DNA of 56,264 bases from a virus (taxonomy: Duplodnaviria > Caudoviricetes), in IMG/VR virus record IMGVR_UViG_3300025127_000046, positions 1 through 56,264 of that record, one strand, 5' to 3'. Position numbers and translations under genes: made by a program. The notes beneath the pieces were generated by a model. It made no database searches. It saw nothing but the letters and a program-made list of their open reading frames with translations, and had not been told where the DNA came from. Below are positions 39,059-47,230 of this stretch, piece by piece. The stretch's first letter is position 1, and every line of letters begins with the position of its first letter.

Positions 39059-42000
39059 CACACATAGCAGACACACACATAAGAAACTTGAAGTATCACG
39101 ATGAGTATAGAATCGCCTTTCGTGATCTTTATGAAAAATTAGCAAGCGACATGCCGGACCTTATTGTCCATTGCGGTGACCTTGCACATACAAAGACGCA
39201 ACTCAGTCCTGAATATTTTCAACTGTGCGCAGAGTTTCTATCGTCTTTAGCCAACATAGCGCCAACATATGTTATATTGGGTAATCACGATGGCAATCTC
39301 AAGAACGACAGTAGGCAAGATGCGATTACGCCTATTGTAAATGCACTGAACCATCCACGATTACATTTACTAAAAGATAGTGGTGAAGTTCATATTGGCA
39401 ATGATTTGGTTCTAAATGTGCTTTCAATCTTTGACCGAGACAATTGGGCCAAACCAACAAACAAAGAAAAAATTAACATTGCCTTGTATCATGGGGCAAT
39501 TGCCGGTAGCCAAACCGGTGCAGAATGGACAATGGACCAAGGAGATGACGATGTTTCTATTTTTCATGATTTTGATTTTGCGATGCTTGGAGACATCCAC
39601 AGACAGCAACAGCTAGACCTTGATGGTAGAGTCTGGTACTGTGGTTCAACCACTCAGCAGAAATTTAGCGAGTCTGCTCGCAAAGGTTATCTTTTGTGGG
39701 AAATAAACTCAAAAGACAAGTTTAACGTTTCAAAAAGATTCGTAATAAATCCAAGACCTTTTATTACAATAAGACTAACAGATAAAGGTGCGCTACCAGA
39801 CACTCATGTACCTAGAAATGCAAGACTCAGAATCATCTCTAGAACCAATTTGCCGGCTGATAAACTTAGGAAGGCAAGATCAATAGCGGAAATGAAATGG
39901 AGCCCTCATTCCGTAACAATGCTCAACGGCAAAGAATCGTCAAAAATGCATGATGAAGGCTATTATTCGAACTCTGTCTTATCTGAAAATCTAAGAGATA
40001 TCAGTGTGCAAGAAAAATACATTAAGAACTATTTATCCGACATGGAGCTTGAACCTAGCGTTTTGGAAAAGGTTCTTGAGCATAACCAGAAATACAATAC
40101 ATTAGCAGAACAAGGGGAGGAAGTTAGTAGAAATGTTATATGGAAAATTAAAAAAGCAGAATGGGACAATTTGTTCAACTACAGTGAAAAGAATGAAATC
40201 GACTTTGCAAAACTCAACGGGCTTGTTGGCATCTTTGGCCGTAATTATTCCGGCAAGTCTAGTATTATCGACAGCATTTTATTCACGCTGTTTAATGCAA
40301 CCTCGAAAGGTGAGCGAAAGAACGTACACGTCATAAACCAAAATAAGCAAAAGGCTATTGGTAAGGTAGAGATTGAGGTTGGAGATAAAACCTACAAAAT
40401 CTGTAGAAATTTAGAGAAGTATACTAAAAAGTATAAAGGCAAGGAGTCTCAAGAGGCTAAAGTTGATTTAGATTTTCATCTAGTTTCTGATGATGAAAGC
40501 CTGAACGGTACAACAAGGAATGAAACTGATTCCAACATTAGAAAGCACTTTGGGAGCATGGAGGACTTTTTGTTAACATCCATGTCTTCCCAGTTAGATT
40601 CTTTGTCTTTTGTCAAAGAAGGTTCTACGAAGCGTAAAGAAATTCTCGCTAAGTTTCTGGATTTGGAAATATTTGATAAAAAGTTCAAGTTGGCCAAAAA
40701 GGACGCTGCTGAGTTGCGTGGTGTCGTAAGAAGGCTACAGGATAAAAAGTGGGATAAAGAGATCCAAAAGAACATAGAGATCTTGGAGGAAATCAAGCAC
40801 GATCTTGCTAACCAAAATACCAAATGTCAAAAAATAACATCAGAGTGCGACAGTCTTCAGGCAGAACTTGACATTCTCAATTCCAGAATTGAGAACATAC
40901 CAGCAGAGCCAATTGACATTGATAAGGTTATTTTAGAAATTAGTAAGATACAGAAACGTAAGCAGCACCTCAAAGATCAAACTCAAGATTTCAATTTCAA
41001 GGTCTGGGAAATGGAAGAGCAGGTTGAATCTAAAAAGAAAGAGTTTGCGGAGATCAATATAGGCGAATTACGTCTTAGTAGAGCATCTGCTGATGCTATC
41101 GAGCATAAAATCAAAAAGACACGTGAAGCTATATCAAACTGGATTTCGCAAGAAAAGGTAGCACTAAAAAAGATCAAGATGTTAGATAATCACGAATATG
41201 ATCCCAACTGCGTGTTCTGTTGTGAAAATAAGTTCGTCAAAGATGCACATGATGCTAAATCTTCTTTACCCGATACGTTGGAGAAAATTGCCCATCTACA
41301 GCAGCACCAAAGAGATCTACAGGACTCGCTAAATGACCTAGACGTAGAAACAGTAGATAGCCAAATTGATTTACATGTCAAACTACAGGAAGACATTCAC
41401 CGCCTAAGCAGAACAATTGAGATGCACAAAATTTCTATTGAAGGCAACAAATCAAAAATAAATCTCCTACATAAGGAATACGAAGAGTTGTGTGAAAAGA
41501 AAAACCTTTATGAAGAAAATCGAGAAGCAATTGAAAATTTAGAGACATTATCTAGAGAAAAGAATGCTTTAGAAATGGTAATTCGCAGTAAGCAAAATTC
41601 TTATAAAAAGTGCCAAGATAGAATAACTGAGATTCTTGTTGAGAAAGGGTCAACCAAGTCGACATTGGCTACGTTGCTTGAAAACCGTAAAGAACTAGAG
41701 GATGTTGAGAGAGAGTGGATCGCTTATGATTTGTTTTTGCAATGTATGCATGCAAATGGCATTCCTTACCAAATTATAAAACAAAAACTTCCTTTACTAA
41801 ATGAAGAGATTGCAAAAATTCTAGAGAACATCGTTGATTTTGAAGTCTTTTTTGAGAGTAATGATGCAAAGCTCGACATCAACATAAAGCACCCATATTA
41901 TGATCCTCGTCCGTTATCTATGGGTTCAGGCGCAGAAAAGACATTGGCATCGATGGCAATACGTTTAGCTTTGATTTCAATAACAAATTTGCCAAAGAGC

Positions 42001-42195
42001 GAACTATTTATACTTGACGAACCAGCAACTGCTTTAGATCAAGAACACATGGAAGGCTTTACAAGATTGCTAAGATTGATTAAAAACCAATTCAAGACTG
42101 TAATTCTAATCTCCCATCTTGATTCCTTAAAAGACGTTGTCGACATGACAATTGAAATTGATAAAGTTGATGGCTATGCTAATGTGAGGGTGTAA
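39046..42195 (+). CDS. Fused SbcD/Mre11 (gp47-like) nuclease and SbcC/Rad50 (gp46-like) ATPase
   Basis: Phosphoesterase motifs DTH, GDL, GNHD, GDIH; Walker A GRNYSGKSS; coiled coil with CVFC hook; signature variant GSGAEK; Walker B FILDEPATALD; ISH. Confidence 0.92.
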   Translation: MYKIAHIADTHIRNLKYHDEYRIAFRDLYEKLASDMPDLIVHCGDLAHTKTQLSPEYFQLCAEFLSSLANIAPTYVILGNHDGNLKNDSRQDAITPIVNALNHPRLHLLKDSGEVHIGNDLVLNVLSIFDRDNWAKPTNKEKINIALYHGAIAGSQTGAEWTMDQGDDDVSIFHDFDFAMLGDIHRQQQLDLDGRVWYCGSTTQQKFSESARKGYLLWEINSKDKFNVSKRFVINPRPFITIRLTDKGALPDTHVPRNARLRIISRTNLPADKLRKARSIAEMKWSPHSVTMLNGKESSKMHDEGYYSNSVLSENLRDISVQEKYIKNYLSDMELEPSVLEKVLEHNQKYNTLAEQGEEVSRNVIWKIKKAEWDNLFNYSEKNEIDFAKLNGLVGIFGRNYSGKSSIIDSILFTLFNATSKGERKNVHVINQNKQKAIGKVEIEVGDKTYKICRNLEKYTKKYKGKESQEAKVDLDFHLVSDDESLNGTTRNETDSNIRKHFGSMEDFLLTSMSSQLDSLSFVKEGSTKRKEILAKFLDLEIFDKKFKLAKKDAAELRGVVRRLQDKKWDKEIQKNIEILEEIKHDLANQNTKCQKITSECDSLQAELDILNSRIENIPAEPIDIDKVILEISKIQKRKQHLKDQTQDFNFKVWEMEEQVESKKKEFAEINIGELRLSRASADAIEHKIKKTREAISNWISQEKVALKKIKMLDNHEYDPNCVFCCENKFVKDAHDAKSSLPDTLEKIAHLQQHQRDLQDSLNDLDVETVDSQIDLHVKLQEDIHRLSRTIEMHKISIEGNKSKINLLHKEYEELCEKKNLYEENREAIENLETLSREKNALEMVIRSKQNSYKKCQDRITEILVEKGSTKSTLATLLENRKELEDVEREWIAYDLFLQCMHANGIPYQIIKQKLPLLNEEIAKILENIVDFEVFFESNDAKLDINIKHPYYDPRPLSMGSGAEKTLASMAIRLALISITNLPKSELFILDEPATALDQEHMEGFTRLLRLIKNQFKTVILISHLDSLKDVVDMTIEIDKVDGYANVRV

Positions 42196-42196
42196 A

Positions 42197-42565
42197 ATGA
42201 AATTAACTACAAAATTATTGAAAAAAATAATAAGAGAAGAGGTTGATAGGCTCAAAGAAACAGCCTATAACAAAGCAAAAGAAATAGGGGAAAAGCACGG
42301 TATTAACGATTGGAAATCAATCGACTTCGACAAGCATGCGGCAGCGGCTAAACATGCCCTAAATATCTTGTCAAAGTTTGGTTATTTCAAAAGCGACAAT
42401 AAGGGTGTTGCAAGGTGGGTTAATGAGCTAAACCTAATGAATGGGGTATACAAAATTTATGTACACCCAGACAAATTTTCAGAAGTTGTGAATAAAATAG
42501 AAGCCGAAGCTCCTAGTATTGCAAGGTTCATGACAGTTACCTACTATGAGGAGAAAAAATTATGA
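42197..42565 (+). CDS. Hypothetical protein with MKLT..L..II.EE leader
   Basis: N-terminus MKLTTKLLKKIIREEVDRLKE. Confidence 0.75.
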   Translation: MKLTTKLLKKIIREEVDRLKETAYNKAKEIGEKHGINDWKSIDFDKHAAAAKHALNILSKFGYFKSDNKGVARWVNELNLMNGVYKIYVHPDKFSEVVNKIEAEAPSIARFMTVTYYEEKKL

Positions 42566-42642
42566 GTAAGTCAGAAGAAAAAAAATGTAAATGCACAACA
42601 CCGTGTTGTGAAGGTTGCCAATGTAAGGGGGGCTGTTGCTAA
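42562..42642 (+). CDS. Metallothionein-like Cys-rich micropeptide (26 aa)
   Basis: MSKSEEKKCKCTTPCCEGCQCKGGCC*; GAGGAG RBS; ATGA and TAATG overlaps. Confidence 0.65.
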   Translation: MSKSEEKKCKCTTPCCEGCQCKGGCC

Positions 42643-42905
42643 TGGCCTGTCACGACGATCATGATGTTGAACAAGAAGACACTCGATTATCGGGTGATTG
42701 TGAATCGCATGAAGCGATGAATAAATTAGGAATGATTGATATCATTCTTGGTAAGGCTGTATCTAGAAAGTTGCTGGTTTTTGCAACAGCAACAGGAATG
42801 TTTATGTGGTATGGTCTTGATCCTGACACGTGGGGCCTGATTGCAATGATATATGTCGGTGGCCAATCTGTTATTGACACAGTCAAAGTATGGAAGCATG
42901 GATAA
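42642..42905 (+). CDS. Putative holin
   Basis: SRKLL followed by two hydrophobic segments and YVGGQSVID, a small two-TM holin-like pattern. Confidence 0.55.
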   Translation: MACHDDHDVEQEDTRLSGDCESHEAMNKLGMIDIILGKAVSRKLLVFATATGMFMWYGLDPDTWGLIAMIYVGGQSVIDTVKVWKHG

Positions 42906-43294
42906 TGTTTTGGGTTAAGCTAAAATTAGCTGCCGCATGGTGTCGCCAATACTGGAGATGGCTCGTATTTGTCATCGCAGTATTGGTTTCTTACCTTTTG
43001 GGTAAGAGAGACAAAGATAAACTGAAAGAACAAGCAAAGCTAGCAAAAGATATGTATATTAAAGAAAAGGAAGTGATCGAAAGAGCACATCAGCAAGAAA
43101 TGCAAGCCAAAGAAGAAGCACAACAAAGATATTCTGAGGCTGTCGATAAGATCGAAAAGAAGTACGAAGAAGACCAATTCGATTTAACCCATGCAAAGAA
43201 AGAAGCAGTTAAGAAGATGGTCAACAAGGCCAAGAACAACCCGGATGAGATTGATCGCATTCTGGAGGAACAATTAGGAATAGTAAAAAAATGA
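42905..43294 (+). CDS. N-anchored coiled-coil protein (Rz/i-spanin-like)
   Basis: One N-terminal TM helix, then a charged coiled coil; directly follows the holin-like gene. Confidence 0.45.
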   Translation: MFWVKLKLAAAWCRQYWRWLVFVIAVLVSYLLGKRDKDKLKEQAKLAKDMYIKEKEVIERAHQQEMQAKEEAQQRYSEAVDKIEKKYEEDQFDLTHAKKEAVKKMVNKAKNNPDEIDRILEEQLGIVKK

Positions 43295-44424
43295 AACTTA
43301 TAATGGAAAATTGGAGAAGGTATATTGTAGAATCTAAGTTGAAATTGGATGAAAACCAAATGCAACCTAAATTCCTCAGAGAGTTTGTAATGAACGAGGG
43401 TCTTATTGAAGAAGACAAGGACCCTGACTCGTTATCTGTTCAAGAATTAGCCAATATGAAACCGCAGCAAATAATCAGTGCTTATGAAAACATGAAGAAG
43501 AATGAGACTGGTGACAGGATAGCAAAAAGAATTTCTCGGTACAAAGCATTGAACGACAGACTAAGAGAAACAGAATTTGAAATGTCAGAACTAAAATGGA
43601 CGAGAGAGGAAGGCGGACCTTCAATTTTCACTAATTTTTTCGACTCAATCAAAAAAATAACCAACGCAATTCTTAGGACCTCCTTCAAGACATCAAAAGA
43701 AAAAGAGGCCGATATAGAAAAAAATTATGACAAATCTGTCGCAGATCTTAGACAAATCATGCTTGATGCTTATAGTCCAATTGAAAGGGAGCTATTTAGA
43801 GCAATTAGTATTTTTACCGGAGGACATTACCCAGCGATCAGGGATCCTGATGCTTTTGATCCAAAGAAAGCCAAAGCTCTCAAGTTTGTTAATGATGGCA
43901 TCATCGACATGTTTCAGCCTTCCAAAGAAACATACGAAAAGGCTAAAGTAATATTACAGAAACTAGTTCAATCCAAAATAAAACCTGTCGAGGTGTGGAG
44001 AGGCCTTAGTATGAAAGAGACGACATCTAGTAAAAGTAGGTATGCCGGTTTAGATTTGTATAAGAAAGGGAACGTAATTAGTGTGGGTAATCTTAGCTCT
44101 TTTAGTACTGACAAGAATATTGCTTACGATAATTTTATGGAAGGCGAGCATTTTGCTAATTTGCAAAAAGGTCAATGGGGTGTTATATTATATATACCTA
44201 AATTGACAAGGGGTGCTGACGTCGATGAGTTCTCGCAGTTCGAAGACGATGAAGTAGAGATTATAGTGTCTGGTAAATTTAGAATAAGTAAAGTAGAATC
44301 GCACCCAAGAGGAAAGGAGAACAAGAGGCAAGAAGGCAATAGCTTACAGGACCTCTTGAATTCTCCAAACCCTCCAAGATATGATCAGCATGTCATAGTC
44401 ATAACGTTAGAGGATATAAAATGA
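43291..44424 (+). CDS. Putative ADP-ribosyltransferase (R-S-E class, Alt/VIP2-like)
   Basis: VWRGL (R), SSFSTD (STS-like) and FEDDEVEIIV (ExE) in the expected order. Confidence 0.75.
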   Translation: MKLIMENWRRYIVESKLKLDENQMQPKFLREFVMNEGLIEEDKDPDSLSVQELANMKPQQIISAYENMKKNETGDRIAKRISRYKALNDRLRETEFEMSELKWTREEGGPSIFTNFFDSIKKITNAILRTSFKTSKEKEADIEKNYDKSVADLRQIMLDAYSPIERELFRAISIFTGGHYPAIRDPDAFDPKKAKALKFVNDGIIDMFQPSKETYEKAKVILQKLVQSKIKPVEVWRGLSMKETTSSKSRYAGLDLYKKGNVISVGNLSSFSTDKNIAYDNFMEGEHFANLQKGQWGVILYIPKLTRGADVDEFSQFEDDEVEIIVSGKFRISKVESHPRGKENKRQEGNSLQDLLNSPNPPRYDQHVIVITLEDIK

Positions 44425-44648
44425 AATTTTTATTATTATTAACATTAGCACAAGAGACCGAAGAACCAAAGGTCAAATATCAAAAAGAAACGGTCATAGA
44501 CTTTGAAGGATTAGAATTAGAAGGCGAACTGGTAAGGCCGCAAGGTAACCTCATCTTAGAAAGAAAACGAGCAAATTTCAACCCTCTCATTAGACTAAGA
44601 GACACTTTTGATGCCGAGATCAAACAATCGGGAAAGGACATAGAGTAG
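44421..44648 (+). CDS. CglF/GltF-like (myxobacterial gliding-motility) small secreted protein
   Basis: Short signal-like N-terminus, then TVIDFEGLELEGELVRPQG...RKR...LIRLRDTF...IKQS, matching the CglF pattern as recalled. Confidence 0.7.
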   Translation: MKFLLLLTLAQETEEPKVKYQKETVIDFEGLELEGELVRPQGNLILERKRANFNPLIRLRDTFDAEIKQSGKDIE

Positions 44649-45253
44649 TGAAATTGACAACAAAACAGTTAAAACAAATCATTAAAGAAGAATTAGGCTC
44701 GCTTGTAAAAGAAGCAATGTATGTTCCACCCGGGGTGACTGACATCAGAAAAACACTCAATCCCCGACAGAGAAGAGCGGCGGATGAATTATACCAGACA
44801 GATCCAATAATGGGATCTGAGTTAGGTGGCGTGGACAAAGATCATATGGGCCCTGAGAAACCCGAACAGATTCTTGGGACTACTGGGATGCGGATACCAA
44901 AAGAAACAATTCGAAACACAGCAATAGATTATTTATCATCTGGATGGGATCGTGAGCGAATGCCCTTTAAGAATTGGAATATACACGCACTAAAGCCAAA
45001 GGTAATGAACCATGTACTTGACACACATTATCCCGGCTTCAGGGAACGTTTGGCTAATAGATGGAAAGGAGAACCAGAACATCAAAAAAGTCAGGACAAT
45101 CAGCTTAAATGGCATGGCTTCCCTGACGGTGAGGAGTGGTTCGGGAAACATCGTGAATCTATAGATCAAATTGTCACGGAAGTTATCTATGATATGTTCA
45201 AATTGTACAACAAGGAAGTTCTTCATGATATATTCAAATCGGATAGTATGTGA
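44648..45253 (+). CDS. Hypothetical protein with MKLT..L..II.EE leader
   Basis: GTG start, MKLTTKQLKQIIKEELGSLVKE. Confidence 0.75.
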   Translation: MKLTTKQLKQIIKEELGSLVKEAMYVPPGVTDIRKTLNPRQRRAADELYQTDPIMGSELGGVDKDHMGPEKPEQILGTTGMRIPKETIRNTAIDYLSSGWDRERMPFKNWNIHALKPKVMNHVLDTHYPGFRERLANRWKGEPEHQKSQDNQLKWHGFPDGEEWFGKHRESIDQIVTEVIYDMFKLYNKEVLHDIFKSDSM

Positions 45254-45281
45254 GAAATAGAATATAATTACAAGAAAAAAC

Positions 45282-45310
45282 TTGACAAACCCCTAAAAGC
45301 GTGTTATACT
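45282..45310 (+). promoter_or_regulatory. Sigma70 promoter with extended -10
   Basis: Upstream A-tract; TTGACA (45282-45287), 17-nt spacer, TATACT (45305-45310) preceded by TGn. Confidence 0.85.
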
Positions 45311-45331
45311 ATATTTTTACACGGAGATCAA

Positions 45332-45742
45332 ATGACTAGTTTTTTTATGTTTTTGCTAATGGCATGCCCTGTTGCTCATGCGGATGTGCCAAAGTTTACA
45401 AGTATTAAGAAAGGAGAAGCTGCGCCCTTCGCAGGGCGACTATTCAACGACGAGGCTCTTGCAATTATCATTGTTGATAAGAAATTCGAAGGCAAAGAAT
45501 GCCAGTTGCGTGTGAATTACGAGGTTGATTTGATGAAGGCACATGAAAAATACAAGTTTGATATCCTCACGGCGACTTGTGAAGCAGATGATATGCGTTT
45601 GAGCGAACTAATTAGCATTAGGGAAGAAGAAAACAAATTTCTTCGTGAACAGATTAAGCCAAGTAAAAACTCGTGGTGGTTGGCTGGTGGATTTATCACT
45701 GGTGTGGCAACTGCGATTGGCATAATGAATGTTATAAAATAG
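45332..45742 (+). CDS. Exported protein with C-terminal membrane anchor (possible spanin component)
   Basis: Signal peptide ending AHA/D, coiled coil, hydrophobic C-terminus WWLAGGFITGVATAIGI. Confidence 0.55.
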   Translation: MTSFFMFLLMACPVAHADVPKFTSIKKGEAAPFAGRLFNDEALAIIIVDKKFEGKECQLRVNYEVDLMKAHEKYKFDILTATCEADDMRLSELISIREEENKFLREQIKPSKNSWWLAGGFITGVATAIGIMNVIK

Positions 45743-45750
45743 GAATTATT

Positions 45751-45996
45751 ATGAAAATAACAAAACAAAAATTATTGAACTTAATAAAAGAAGAGATGGA
45801 GCTAGATAACGTCCTATCAGACGAATTGGAAAATAAAGTTGGACCAATTGCGAAAAAACTTAGAGATGATTTGAAAACAAATGCTGCTGTGGTCAAGATT
45901 GTAGACGACGCAGCAAAAAACATTTCTGGTGGAAATGAAAACGTTCAGGGATTAGTCAAGGCAGCTATTCTAAGTAAGATTTTTATTGAAGACTAA
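45751..45996 (+). CDS. Small protein with MKIT..L...IKEE leader
   Basis: Likely start ATG 45751 after AGGA: MKITKQKLLNLIKEEMELD. Confidence 0.7.
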   Translation: MKITKQKLLNLIKEEMELDNVLSDELENKVGPIAKKLRDDLKTNAAVVKIVDDAAKNISGGNENVQGLVKAAILSKIFIED

Positions 45997-46006
45997 TGGA
46001 GGCACC

Positions 46007-46393
46007 TTGAGCAAAGATCCAAATTATGCAATTAAAATAGAAAAAGCAATAGCAAAAAAGTATGGCGATGAAACCGTACAGCACCCTAAAAAGAATTGGT
46101 GCGATAAAAAAGAAAAAAAATACTTATCGGAAATGAAAAGGCTTTACAAGCCAGAAAGCAATCCAGATGATGATGTTGAAATTGACGGTGTTTTAATATC
46201 AAGGAAACTAATTACAAAAGAATCTGATCGTTCTTGTCCGATTTGTAACACATATTCATTCAAATCAAGCGATGATGTTTACATGTCAAAGTTTGGTTGC
46301 TGTCAAAGGTGCTACATTCAGTGGGTTGAAGGCCGTGAAGAAAGATGGAAAAACGGATGGAGACCAAATGAAGATTACAAAAACGAGACTTAG
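46007..46393 (+). CDS. Hypothetical zinc-finger protein
   Basis: CPIC...CCQRC...WVEGREERW; likely TTG start after GGAGG. Confidence 0.7.
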   Translation: MSKDPNYAIKIEKAIAKKYGDETVQHPKKNWCDKKEKKYLSEMKRLYKPESNPDDDVEIDGVLISRKLITKESDRSCPICNTYSFKSSDDVYMSKFGCCQRCYIQWVEGREERWKNGWRPNEDYKNET

Positions 46394-46673
46394 AAAAATT
46401 ATTCAAGAAGAAATGCAAAGACTTGAGGAAATCGATAATGATTGGGCTGTTGAAAAGGCCATGGATGAATTGAGACGATTATTGCTTTCAGGCAGAATCC
46501 CAGATCCAATTATGGTTTTAGATGGTTTTATTGAGGAATTGAAAGCTATGTCTGATGGTGGTAGCGACTTGCCGCCAACAGGAGGCTCCATTCCTCCTTC
46601 AGGTGACATGGGCGGAATGCCAATGCATGCCGGTATGATGGAAGGATTCAAAAGAAAAAAGAGGAAAAAATAA
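46368..46673 (+). CDS. Small protein with MKIT..L..II.EE leader
   Basis: ATG 46368 after GGAG: MKITKTRLRKIIQEEMQRLEE; Gly/Pro/Met-rich tail. Confidence 0.7.
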   Translation: MKITKTRLRKIIQEEMQRLEEIDNDWAVEKAMDELRRLLLSGRIPDPIMVLDGFIEELKAMSDGGSDLPPTGGSIPPSGDMGGMPMHAGMMEGFKRKKRKK

Positions 46674-47224
46674 TGGCAGATTCTAATATTTTAGAGATTG
46701 TAAGAGGCTTGGCCCAAGCGGCAGCAAATGCTTATGATGGTTCGCATGATGAGCGCTTTGTTCGTGATGGCGAGGCTAAGAAAGTCGGACTCCAGAGAGA
46801 GGAAGGTTGCCCTATAATGGATTCTAGGGTTATGGATGGATTTAATGTAAAATTTTACGGAAATAAAATCTGTATAAAATACCAATCAGACATTCAATTG
46901 AAAGAGATTCATGGTGGCGGCTTTGAAACAGAGATGGAAAGAAGACTCGATGAGATCAAAAAGTTCTTGCAAAAAGAGTATAAGGTAATCACCGGCAAAT
47001 CAATTACATTATCAAAAGTAGACGATATTCAGATTTTAGCAACTTCTGTTTCACGAGTAAGGTCATTTGTACAAGCATATCGTCACTATAACATATCCGG
47101 CCTAAAAGAAGACGAAGGCTGGAAAGGATCAGAAAATAGATCTGTTGATGATTCTATTAGAAAGTTTTTAGAGTTAAGTAACAATAACAAGAGACCCCAG
47201 AACGATACAAGGAAAAAGGGCTAA
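46673..47224 (+). CDS. Hypothetical protein upstream of terminase
   Basis: 183-aa coupled ORF. Confidence 0.7.
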   Translation: MADSNILEIVRGLAQAAANAYDGSHDERFVRDGEAKKVGLQREEGCPIMDSRVMDGFNVKFYGNKICIKYQSDIQLKEIHGGGFETEMERRLDEIKKFLQKEYKVITGKSITLSKVDDIQILATSVSRVRSFVQAYRHYNISGLKEDEGWKGSENRSVDDSIRKFLELSNNNKRPQNDTRKKG

Positions 47225-47230
47225 TGTATA

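Noticed and set aside
46673-47224. Terminase small subunit call based on position
   Set aside because: Position fits, but no gp16-like motif was recognised; left as hypothetical.
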